Part shown: positions 8,737 through 18,500 of the stretch, one piece after another
Position numbering within the stretch: position 1 is the first letter of the stretch
Layout: every line of letters begins with the position of its first letter
From: Bacteroidota bacterium
GTDB taxonomy: Bacteria; Bacteroidota; Bacteroidia; UKL13-3
Reading direction: 5' to 3'
DNA: 64,000 nt
NCBI GenBank assembly: GCA_046309355.1
Contig: JBKCPL010000062.1
Span: forward strand, 778-64,777
Made by a program: the position numbers and the translations under genes
The notes under the pieces: generated by a model
Database searches by the model: none
Seen by the model: the letters and a program-made list of their open reading frames with translations, nothing else
What the model was told of the DNA's origin: nothing

Positions 8737-10038
8737 TTAGTTTATACTTACTCTGCTAACTGCTTCGCCCTGGCGTGTTGAAACACGTACAAAATAGACG
8801 CCTTTGTTCAGCGATGAAACATCCAAGCGAATGGTTCCGCTCAATGTAGATTGCTGGTACACGGTGCGGCCAGTAAGATCTGTGATGTATGCGGTAGCCT
8901 CATTTTCTTCTGTTGCCACATATAATTCTGTATGCGCAGGGTTAGGATAAACCATTAGCTTAATTTTTCCGGCTGACAATTTTTCAACGCCCACTGTAGT
9001 AGGTTTAGGTTTTGCCATCAGTGTTTTGTTAAATATAGTAATTTGCGGATTAGGTCCTGTGAATTTAGTCATCACCAGTTTGTATGCACTATCTGTCATC
9101 TCAGCAGTTTTTACAAAGAAACTGAGTGAATCAACCAGCTCCCACGGTGTTGTGCTAGGTGGTCCCTGCGGAGAAACTTTCCAGTCCCAGCCAATTATAT
9201 TAATGAGTGTCGTGTATTTGCCTTCGGCATCGTTAAATGCGGCACTATCGGTATCAACAGATGAAACACGGGCAGTGCGAATGGTAGGATGCTGTAAAAT
9301 TCCGGTTACGGTATAAAATGTATCGATACCAAATACATTAACGCGGGTGAAGTAGCGGCTCCACAACAAATGCCAGGGAGTTGAGGGCTCGCGGTCAACA
9401 ACTGTTTTGTTAAGCAAGTTGTAATACGCAAATAATTTACCGGCATAATTTCCTTTGGTTATCGTAATGGCTGCGCTATCGGTACCATCAATATTGGCTG
9501 AGGCGGCATACCACGTAGTATCAAAACTTAGCTGCATCACTTTAAATTTACGCCATACAGCATTCTGTCCTTGCTGAATGCGAATCAGAAAGGTTTTTTG
9601 TCCATCAATGTGTCGGGTAGTCATATTGTAGGTACCCCATCCAAAATTGAATTGCTGCACAAAGTAACCGTCATTAAAAGCGCCTATGTCCCATGATGTA
9701 TCGCTATCGCGTAACCTGCGCCAGCTTTGCCAGCCGCTCGTATCAAACGTATTCCAGTTTTGTGTGGTGGGTGGAACAAAGACCTGAACACCTCGGGCTT
9801 CGTTGATGCGCACGCAGGCTGCTCGTGCTACGTTCAAAGGCGGTTGTGCTGACCTTACGGCAAATGCCAGGTGCCAATTGTTATTGCGAACTGTATCTTT
9901 TGCACCGTTAGTTACATTGTAATAAACATCCAGCGGGTAGATGGGGATTCCGGTTCCCATCGATACCGAGTCTTCCATCGTTTGCGCAAAGGACTGCAAG
10001 GCAAAAAGCGTAAATAATACGTGTAGGATTTTTTTCAT
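8737..10038 (-). CDS. T9SS type-A CTD-containing secreted protein (candidate ligand-capture/hemophore-like protein)
   Basis: 433 aa with signal peptide MKKILHVLFTLFALQSFAQ. The C-terminal 80 aa match the T9SS sorting domain (YPNPAHTELYV...KGVYFVRVSTRQGEAVSRVSIN). It is the first gene of the operon with the TBDR; its stop lies 66 bp before the annotated TBDR ATG, and the TBDR reading frame stays open across that gap and the stop. Confidence 0.7.
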   Translation of the reverse strand: MKKILHVLFTLFALQSFAQTMEDSVSMGTGIPIYPLDVYYNVTNGAKDTVRNNNWHLAFAVRSAQPPLNVARAACVRINEARGVQVFVPPTTQNWNTFDTSGWQSWRRLRDSDTSWDIGAFNDGYFVQQFNFGWGTYNMTTRHIDGQKTFLIRIQQGQNAVWRKFKVMQLSFDTTWYAASANIDGTDSAAITITKGNYAGKLFAYYNLLNKTVVDREPSTPWHLLWSRYFTRVNVFGIDTFYTVTGILQHPTIRTARVSSVDTDSAAFNDAEGKYTTLINIIGWDWKVSPQGPPSTTPWELVDSLSFFVKTAEMTDSAYKLVMTKFTGPNPQITIFNKTLMAKPKPTTVGVEKLSAGKIKLMVYPNPAHTELYVATEENEATAYITDLTGRTVYQQSTLSGTIRLDVSSLNKGVYFVRVSTRQGEAVSRVSIN

Positions 10039-10218
10039 ATCTGTAATATTGGGGGGCGAAATAACATCGAGTATTGCTCACTTTGATGAACAATGAGAGG
10101 CTTTGTGTTAAGTTGACACATTGTTTACAATAGGCCATCCGAACGAATGATTTTTGTCATGTTTTGGGCTATGAGTCGCAAACGATATATTCGGAACTTT
10201 AAAAAATGTGAAAATACC

Positions 10219-12669
10219 ATGAATAACTTGTTCAAACAGCCCTGGTTTCCGCATGCTGCAGCAGTAGCACTAGGTTTGGCCGTAATACTGGCATACATGA
10301 ATCCGATGTTTTCGGGAAAGGTGCTGAAGCAGCATGACGTGAAGCAGTGGCAGGCTTCGTATCACGAAATAGATGAGTTTCAAAAAAGCAGCGGTGATCG
10401 CACCTTCTGGACAAACAGTGTATTCAGCGGAATGCCAACTTTTTTGATTGGACCAACATATCACAACAACTTTACCAATACCATCAGCTACTACATCAGC
10501 AAGCTGTTGCCCAACCCGATTGATACGTTGTTCTTGCTTTTTATTTGTTTTTACATCATGCTGATCGTTTTTGATGTGGGAGCATGGTGGGCTGTTGCGG
10601 GTGCACTGGCATTCATGCTGTCGAGTTTTAATTTTATAAACATTGATGCCGGACACGTGGGCAAAGGAAATGCTATCGCGTATATACCGTTGGTTATTGC
10701 AGGCATTCAGCTGGCACTACATAAAAACAGGCTGTTCGGAGCATTGCTTACCGGCATAGCCATGTCGTTTCAATTAACAGCCGGGCACTTGCAAATAACG
10801 TATTACCTGATGATGATGATTTTAGTGTGGATGATTGCCGAAATCATAGTATCAATAAAAAATAAATCCGTTGTCAATCTGGTGATGGCCGGTGTGTTTA
10901 TGCTTGTTGCAACAGGCATAGGCATTGCAACCAATGCCACCAATTTGATGGCAACCGAAGAATATGGAAAATACAGTATTCGCGGCCCATCCGAACTGAC
11001 TAAAACATCAACCGGTGAAAATTATTCCGAAATAAAATCATCAGGTCTGGATAAAGATTATGCCTTGCAGTGGAGCAATGGCACGCTTGAGCCCATGACG
11101 TTGCTTATTCCTAATTTTTATGGCGGTGGCAATGCTGGCGATCCGCACACACAGGAAATACTTACCAAGCATTACAAATCAGCAGGTTTTCCCAATGCCA
11201 AAGAAGTAGCGCGTGGCATACCTTCTTATTTTGGCGAACAGCCCTTTACAGCAGGACCAATTTATTACGGTGCTGTCATTTGTTTTCTTTTTGTGCTGGG
11301 CTTATTCATTATAGGCAGTCCGCTTAAATGGTGGATACTGGCCATATCGGCACTGGCTATTGCATTATCGATGGGTAAAAATTTCATGGGCCTTACGGAT
11401 GTATTTTTCTACAACTTTCCGCTGTACAATAAATTTCGTTCGGTTACATTCATACTCTGCCTTACACAAACTACATTTCCATTGCTGGCGTTGCTGGCTG
11501 TGAAAGAGCTAACCGAATCAAAAATGCCTATAGCCGAACTTAAAAAACGCATGCTTTATGCGCTGGGTGTTGTAGGTGGTATCTGCCTGCTATTTGCGCT
11601 CATTCCCGGATTTGCATCGGTAGGTGCCGAAATGGATGAGCAAATGCAACGCATGGGTTATCCGATGGATAGTATCTATGCCGCACGCGAAAAAGTTCGT
11701 CAGGCCGATGCCGTTCGATCACTCCTATTTGTGGCTCTTACCTTCGGACTGGTGTGGTTGCTGCTTATTAAAAAAATAAAACCTGCACCTGCAGTTGCTG
11801 CACTCATTGGGCTAGTGGTCGTTGATTTGTGGGGTGTAGATCAGCGCTATCTAAACAAAGACGATTTTGAGAAAAAGCGCAGTGCAGAAGCAGCTGTTGT
11901 AGAAAAAACTTTTGCCGATGACATGATTTTGTCCGACACAGCATTGCATTACCGCGTATTTAATACCACACAACGACTCGATCAGGATGCCCTAACTTCA
12001 TACTGGCACAAATCGATTGGCGGCTATCACGGTGCCAAGCTGCGCAGGTATCAGGAACTTATCGAATTTCATTTGTCGAAAGGAAACCCTGAAGCCTACA
12101 ATATGCTGAACGTGAAATATTTTATTTTAAGCGACAGTTCACGCAGCAATTTTTATCCGCAGCCAAACCCTGATGCCAATGGAAATGCCTGGTTTGTAAA
12201 CTCGTTGGTGTGGGTACCTAATGCCGATGCCGAGATTGATACACTGACCGGTATAAATACCAAAATACAAGCTGTAGTAGACGAACGATTCAAAGACCAG
12301 CTATCTGATGTGAACTCGGCTGCAACTGATTCGTTGTCAAAAATTACACTCACATCCTACGCACCCAATAAGTTGGTATATGATTGCCAAAGTGATGCAG
12401 GCGGTGTAGTGGTATTTTCGGAAATCTACTATGAAAAAGGATGGAATGCCTTCATTGACGGTGTACAGGTGCCGCACTTCCGATGCAACTATGTGTTGCG
12501 TGGCATGAAAGTACCTGCCGGAAAGCACATCATCGAATTTCGTTTCGAACCGGAAGTGGTAACAAAAGGTGAAGGTATTTCTCTTATCGCTTCGATTTTG
12601 CTGTATGGCGGTATCGTGGTTGTAGGTGGCCTAGGTTTTTTGAAAAAGCGTAAACAGCAAGTTGCATAA
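10219..12669 (+). CDS. YfhO family integral membrane protein (GT-C-like)
   Basis: Start chosen at MNNLFKQPWF. It has many TM helices. The N-terminal loop (HDVKQWQASYHEIDEFQKSSGDRTFWTNSVFSGMPTF) is typical of Bacteroidota YfhO proteins, and a C-terminal periplasmic domain follows. Confidence 0.7.
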   Translation: MNNLFKQPWFPHAAAVALGLAVILAYMNPMFSGKVLKQHDVKQWQASYHEIDEFQKSSGDRTFWTNSVFSGMPTFLIGPTYHNNFTNTISYYISKLLPNPIDTLFLLFICFYIMLIVFDVGAWWAVAGALAFMLSSFNFINIDAGHVGKGNAIAYIPLVIAGIQLALHKNRLFGALLTGIAMSFQLTAGHLQITYYLMMMILVWMIAEIIVSIKNKSVVNLVMAGVFMLVATGIGIATNATNLMATEEYGKYSIRGPSELTKTSTGENYSEIKSSGLDKDYALQWSNGTLEPMTLLIPNFYGGGNAGDPHTQEILTKHYKSAGFPNAKEVARGIPSYFGEQPFTAGPIYYGAVICFLFVLGLFIIGSPLKWWILAISALAIALSMGKNFMGLTDVFFYNFPLYNKFRSVTFILCLTQTTFPLLALLAVKELTESKMPIAELKKRMLYALGVVGGICLLFALIPGFASVGAEMDEQMQRMGYPMDSIYAAREKVRQADAVRSLLFVALTFGLVWLLLIKKIKPAPAVAALIGLVVVDLWGVDQRYLNKDDFEKKRSAEAAVVEKTFADDMILSDTALHYRVFNTTQRLDQDALTSYWHKSIGGYHGAKLRRYQELIEFHLSKGNPEAYNMLNVKYFILSDSSRSNFYPQPNPDANGNAWFVNSLVWVPNADAEIDTLTGINTKIQAVVDERFKDQLSDVNSAATDSLSKITLTSYAPNKLVYDCQSDAGGVVVFSEIYYEKGWNAFIDGVQVPHFRCNYVLRGMKVPAGKHIIEFRFEPEVVTKGEGISLIASILLYGGIVVVGGLGFLKKRKQQVA

Positions 12670-12677
12670 CTACTCGT

Positions 12678-14285
12678 ATGCTGGCGTGTTTGCTTTTCTT
12701 GGTATACACATTTGCTGTGGCATGGGTAGCCGGCATATGCGCAACCGCTCTCGTTAACCGCCTCACCGGAATAGCTTCAGATACTCAACACCCTAGTGTA
12801 ACCGTATTGTCGGGTTTGTGTTTTATTGCTGTTTTACTACAGGCGTTTCATCTCATTCACGCAATTGACGGTTGGGCACACCTGTATATAGGTATAGTAC
12901 TCGGTGGGGTGTGGTGGTTTACCAAAAAATATCATCCGGAGTCGAAAATTGATTTAGGCATCTCGGGTTATTTGGTGCTGGCAGTTGCCGTTGTGGCGGC
13001 CTGCATCAATGGTATTGCACGAGCCGGCACAGGCGATATTGGCGATTATCACCTTCAGGCTATTCGGTGGATGGAAGAGTATTCAACCGTACCGGGACTT
13101 GGAAACCTACGCAGGCAACTGGGCAATAACTCGAGCTGGTTTTTACTGCATGCGTTTACCGGACTACATTTTACAGGACTACGCTCGGTTTACACTTTAA
13201 ATACCGTACTGCTAATTACGGGTATTGCCTTTTTTATTCCTCAAGCCAACGATAGCTTTTTAAAATTAAAAACTGTCATCCTCATTTACCTGTCGGTGAT
13301 GGCGTACCGCAAATATGTTGGCGCTGTTACAAACGATTATGCCATAACAGTGTACACACTCGTTTTTTGGAGTTGGCTATATATGCAGCATCGTATGAAT
13401 GAGGCTAAGGTGGTGTTTATCGGATTTATAACCTTGACGTTGGTAACGTTTAAACTGTCTGCAGTCGCAGGATTGCTGATACCGCTGTGGCTCTATACTG
13501 CATCTGTGCATAAACAAAAATTAACCCTGCAATTAGCTTTAGTAGCATTGGTGATCTTGATTCCGTGGATATACACCACCTATTTGCATTCGGGGTATTT
13601 TGTGTATCCGGTAGCAGAAACCGGATTTTTGCACCCCGATTGGCAAATGCCTGCCGAGCAGTTGCACTATGAGCGCGCTATAAATATAGCCAACGAGCGT
13701 GTGCCCGGTGTAGATGTTGAAGCTGTACTAGCCATGCCTTTTACTGCCTGGTTTCCGCTGTGGGTGCAAAAACTGGATTATTTCAGTATCATGCTGCTGG
13801 TAGGCGCTATGTGTGCAGGATTGTATTATGCTATTCGATTCATCCAACGCAAAGTCACTTCCGATTTTCATGCATTATTTATATCACTAACAGCTGTTAC
13901 CCTGATTATCTGGTTTACGCAAGCACCCGCCATTCGGTTTGTATTTGGAGCACTGGTGTTTTTTATCGCTTACACCGTTCAATCCATATCATTTTCAGGT
14001 GTGCGCATGCCGAACAGAAAAAGTATACACTATGCATGCGCTGGTATATTACTGGCTGGTGGCTTGGTATTTCTGAAACAGATAAAAACCTATGCGTGGT
14101 TGTATCCGGAGCCATACACCCGGCAAACAATGAACTATGAACCCGTAAAAAACGGATATGTGTGGCAACCGGCAGCAGACCAACAATGCTGGGATTCGCC
14201 TTTACCTTGTACGGGATTGCTGAATAAAAATATGGTATGGCGAAGTGAAAATATGAAAGACGGATTTCGAATTGAAAACGATTAA
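12678..14285 (+). CDS. polytopic membrane protein of unknown function (possible second GT-C-like glycosyltransferase/polymerase)
   Basis: 535 aa, with at least 10 predicted TM helices and an acidic first loop (GTGDIGDYH). It lies 8 bp downstream of yfhO on the same strand. Confidence 0.45.
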   Translation: MLACLLFLVYTFAVAWVAGICATALVNRLTGIASDTQHPSVTVLSGLCFIAVLLQAFHLIHAIDGWAHLYIGIVLGGVWWFTKKYHPESKIDLGISGYLVLAVAVVAACINGIARAGTGDIGDYHLQAIRWMEEYSTVPGLGNLRRQLGNNSSWFLLHAFTGLHFTGLRSVYTLNTVLLITGIAFFIPQANDSFLKLKTVILIYLSVMAYRKYVGAVTNDYAITVYTLVFWSWLYMQHRMNEAKVVFIGFITLTLVTFKLSAVAGLLIPLWLYTASVHKQKLTLQLALVALVILIPWIYTTYLHSGYFVYPVAETGFLHPDWQMPAEQLHYERAINIANERVPGVDVEAVLAMPFTAWFPLWVQKLDYFSIMLLVGAMCAGLYYAIRFIQRKVTSDFHALFISLTAVTLIIWFTQAPAIRFVFGALVFFIAYTVQSISFSGVRMPNRKSIHYACAGILLAGGLVFLKQIKTYAWLYPEPYTRQTMNYEPVKNGYVWQPAADQQCWDSPLPCTGLLNKNMVWRSENMKDGFRIEND

Positions 14286-14318
14286 TGTGTATACTCGCAC
14301 CACTTAATATTCCACAAC

Positions 14319-15257
14319 ATGGCTAAAGACACTATTCTTATCATAGGCGCTAACGGACAAATTGGTATTGAGTTGGCCGAAAACCTGAGGAAGATATATG
14401 GAGATAATCATGTCATTACATCCGACATAAAAGCTATGGACAATCAGCCCGGCATTTTTGAAACGCTGGATATAATGGATAAGAGCAGGCTGTATGAATT
14501 GTTACACACGTATCAGGTTACGCATGTGTACCTGCTGGCCGCATTGTTAAGTGCAACAGCCGAAAAAAATCCAAAACTGGCCTGGGATCTGAATATGGTA
14601 GGTTTATTTCATGTGTTAGACGCAGCGAAAGAAGGCGTTATAAAAAAAATTTACTGGCCCAGTTCAATTGCCGTATTCGGGCCAACCACCCCACGCCAAA
14701 ACACTCCGCAGTATACTGTTATGGAACCCAACACCATATACGGCATCAGTAAACAAACCGGTGAACGGTTTTGCGAATACTATTTTCAAAAGCACGGAGT
14801 AGATGTTCGCAGCATTCGCTATCCAGGGTTAATCGGGTATAAGTCGGCACCGGGCGGAGGCACTACCGATTATGCCGTGCACATTTACCACGAAGCATTA
14901 AAGCACAAATCGTATGAATGTTTTTTAAAAGCCGACACGGCACTGCCCATGATGTATATGCCCGATGCCATTCGAGCCACTATTGAACTGATGGAAGCAC
15001 CGGCCGAAAAAGTAAAAATACGGAGCAGCTACAACCTGGGGGGTATTAGCTTTAATCCGGAACAAATAGCCGCAAGCATTCGTAAACATATTCCGGAGTT
15101 TACCATTACGTATAAACCGGATTTCAGACAAGCCATAGCTGATAGCTGGCCTGCCAGTATTGACGACCATTTGGCAACCGAGCACTGGGGTTGGAATGCT
15201 CAGTATGACCTGGATGGAATGACGGCCGATATGCTACATCATCTGGCAGGGAATTAG
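14319..15257 (+). CDS. tdh: NAD-dependent epimerase/dehydratase family protein, most likely SDR-type L-threonine 3-dehydrogenase
   Basis: It has a Rossmann GANGQIG motif. The blocks AALLSATAEKNP, IYGISKQTGERFCEYY, VRSIRYPGLIGY and SWPASIDD match short-chain-type TDH enzymes as I remember them. No kbl partner is present here, so an epimerase role cannot be excluded. Confidence 0.65.
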   Translation: MAKDTILIIGANGQIGIELAENLRKIYGDNHVITSDIKAMDNQPGIFETLDIMDKSRLYELLHTYQVTHVYLLAALLSATAEKNPKLAWDLNMVGLFHVLDAAKEGVIKKIYWPSSIAVFGPTTPRQNTPQYTVMEPNTIYGISKQTGERFCEYYFQKHGVDVRSIRYPGLIGYKSAPGGGTTDYAVHIYHEALKHKSYECFLKADTALPMMYMPDAIRATIELMEAPAEKVKIRSSYNLGGISFNPEQIAASIRKHIPEFTITYKPDFRQAIADSWPASIDDHLATEHWGWNAQYDLDGMTADMLHHLAGN

Positions 15258-15528
15258 GTAGTATTTTCGCTATTTCTAAAAAATATTTTAATTTTTACTT
15301 GATTCTTATTTTATAATTCGCTTATTTTATTTTTTGAAATAGGCTATGAAAAGCATCGACATTTTACATTTTTGTATGCGCAATTCGCCTCTACGCGCAC
15401 GAAAATTCCCTTGGAATTCCACGGTTTGGAACAATTAGGCTGCCGTATAGGGCATACTTTTACACACACAGAATAAGTATTTTCCTTCTTTCTACTACAC
15501 ATAATAATTCAATTAATCTTTATTACAT

Positions 15529-18500
15529 ATGAAAACACAAGTACTTACATTTAAAAATCTGCTACTACTCATCGGTGCATTGCTGCTGAATATAGCAACA
15601 CAACGTATACAGGCACAAACTGTGTACTTTGCAGAAAACTTCGACTCTGCCTTCACAGGCACGCCTGCAGCCCCTCCGGGCTGGACACAAACGCGCATAC
15701 AGGCTGTTACCAGCGCAGCAGCGGAATTTGACTGGCTACAAAATGTTTGGCTGGGAACAACTTGGTCAAATTTAGGTACAGGAACAACACCGGCTACCGG
15801 TGCGGTAAACGGAACTGGTGTATTGTGGATAGACGATTATAATTTAGGTGGTACATCTATAGCACAAACTGAAAGACGCTTAGAGTCACCTTCATTTGAC
15901 CTGAGCACATCCACTTCACCTTACATGCGGTTTTGGTATTTCAACAGCGAAGGTAGCGGATTAGCACTCAACCTTCGTGTGGTTATATCTACTAATGGAG
16001 GTACTACTTGGCAAACACTATCAAACGTGCTTAATGGCTATGACAGTGTGACTAGCAGCTGGAATAGAATCAGTATACCTATTCCTGCCAAGTACAGAAC
16101 TACAAATGTAAAAATTGGATTTGCTATCGTAAATAGATGGGGATCTGCTAATCCATTTATTGACGCTGTAAGCGTAGAAGAATTTACCCCTACAATTATC
16201 ACCTCAGCCGCTTCCGGCAATTGGAATAGTGCAGCTACCTGGGGAGGAATAGTTCCGACTTCCAGTCATCACGTGGTTATTCAAAGTACTCACACGGTTA
16301 CTGTAGGCGCGGCTACGGGTATCGTTGCACGGTGTCAGGACTTAACCATCAACACAGGTGGAACACTTAATTACAGCACAACCGCTGCAAACAGCCTTCA
16401 TGTATACGGTAATGTTACTGTTAACGGTACGCTTAGCGCATTAAATGGTACTAGTGGAAGAATTATGGTAGTTGGTGGGAATTTTACCATTGCTACTGGT
16501 GGTGTAGCTACCTTTAATACCGGAGCTGGAACACAAGGCACAACAGCAGTATCTACAGCATTAACCAGTACCTCATCTACATTGGTATTAACAAACTCTG
16601 CACCGGCTTCATTTACCAATTCGGGTACTTTATCTGCCAGTACTAATCGCATTAATAATATAATACATTTAGGCAGTGACACATTTACCTATAACAACAC
16701 TGTGGTAGTACCCTTTACGTTAGCGTTAAGAAATGGCCCTGTAAATCCAAATGGATTTTTAACGATTGGAAATGCCGCATCTGCTACTACATTCAACACT
16801 GTACAACGAGTTAATGGCTTTTTTACAAGTGCACCTAACTTTAGCAATACGAATATTACCTCTCGTATAACAGCTTACCATCTTTCAAACACAGTAAGTG
16901 TTCAGCCTGAGCAGTTAACAGCCGGATTTGAAATTGAGGCTATCGCTGGTGTAAGAACGGTAACCGGCACATTGGTAATGAATACCCACGATAACGTACA
17001 GGTAAATTACCCATTAACCATAGGAACAGCAACTACAGGTGGTTTTACCTTAACCCGTGGTATACTAATCACAACGGATACTATTCGCTTAACTTCCTTT
17101 TTAACACCACCGACAGGCGTTGCACCCTCTACAGCAACACCATCAACTACACATGGCTCATACGTAGTAGGGGCGTTACGTATAGATATGCCTGCATCTA
17201 ACACCACCCGCACATTTGCTATGGGTGCAGGTACACTGTTTAATCAACTTACTCCAAATGGAAACATTCTCAAAAGCAGGTCTATCGCCCCAGGTGCATC
17301 TTGGACTGCAGGTACTTCAATAACCATGCGCTTGTTAACTGGTGCTACAGGTACTGTAAGCACCCCTGTGGTTTCACTACTGGGAAGTAATGTTACACAG
17401 ATTTCATTAAACAACGGTCCGGATGTACCCGGAACTACAACCATTACATTTAACGGAATTAACAATTACACATTGGGTGGAGGTGTTAACAGCGATAACT
17501 TATTTGGCAATGAAGACCAATTGCATCTGGTGCAGTCTCCTAATATTACAGGACCGTGGGCTACAGCATCGGCCGTTTCAGGAACAGCAATTCCTTTTGC
17601 AAACAATACCAACTACAGCAGAACGACCACAGCAACTGTTTCGCCTATTGCTACCAATGGAGGCTTTTTTACACTGGGCACGCAGGTAGGTCCTGTTGCT
17701 TATAACACGACTATATTAAACCGCAATACTGCACCACTTACTCCCGGAACAGCACAACCAAATGTACAGATGATGCGCGTGAATATTACAACAACAGGAG
17801 TAATACCCGGCATTAACGCAACGTCTTTCAGTATGAGTACAAACGGTTCCACAAATCTGAGTAACATTGTCAATGCAAAAGTCTATTTTACGGGAAGCGA
17901 TTCAAACTTTTCAGCCATCAACCAGTTTGGTACTACCTTCACATCTCCTAGTGGCCGATTCATTGTTTCGGGCACACGTCAGTTGTTAGCAGGCAATAAC
18001 TATTTCTGGATTACATATGATGTCCCAGCCACTGCTTCACTTGGCGACAGCCTTACCGTAAGTTGCGATACTATCGTTGTTGCAGGTACTCCATATAGCA
18101 TTACACAGCCTTCTCCGGGCTTCAGGGTATTCTCGCTGCCTATGACGTATGTGTCGTCAACAACAACGCATCCATTTACTAACCCGATTGAGAAGAATAC
18201 AAACTTCCACGTAATTATGCGTGCTGAAGTAGTAACTTCAGCAACAGGTTCTCCCATACCAGTTACTTCATTTGACTTAAACACAGGATCTACATCTAAT
18301 CCATTAACCAATATAGATAGTGTGATAGTATGGTATACCGGTACAAACGGATCATATACAACTCCGGTATTTTTTGGTGGAGCAGGGTCTGTTTCTGGTG
18401 CATTCACAGTATCTGGCTTTCAGAATTTGGCTAATAACTCCAATTATTTCTGGATTACTTACCGCCTCAAACCGGGAGCAAACGTAGGCGACTCGGTAGA

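Noticed and set aside
10039-10218. A possible cobalamin or heme riboswitch upstream of the TonB-dependent receptor operon.
   Set aside because: Only about 110-180 nt are available and they are shared with the divergent yfhO promoter. No B12-box-like or other conserved riboswitch core is visible.
14319-15257. Calling this gene a UDP-sugar epimerase serving the adjacent GT-C membrane proteins.
   Set aside because: Multiple blocks match the SDR-type L-threonine dehydrogenase family as I recall it, so I kept tdh as the primary call. The epimerase alternative is retained as a caveat.
15258-15528. An invertible, phase-variable promoter upstream of giant gene A.
   Set aside because: I looked for flanking inverted repeats of 10-20 bp bracketing a promoter-sized segment. 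Only short palindromes (GGAATTCC) and TTGGAA direct repeats are present. There is no recombinase gene nearby.
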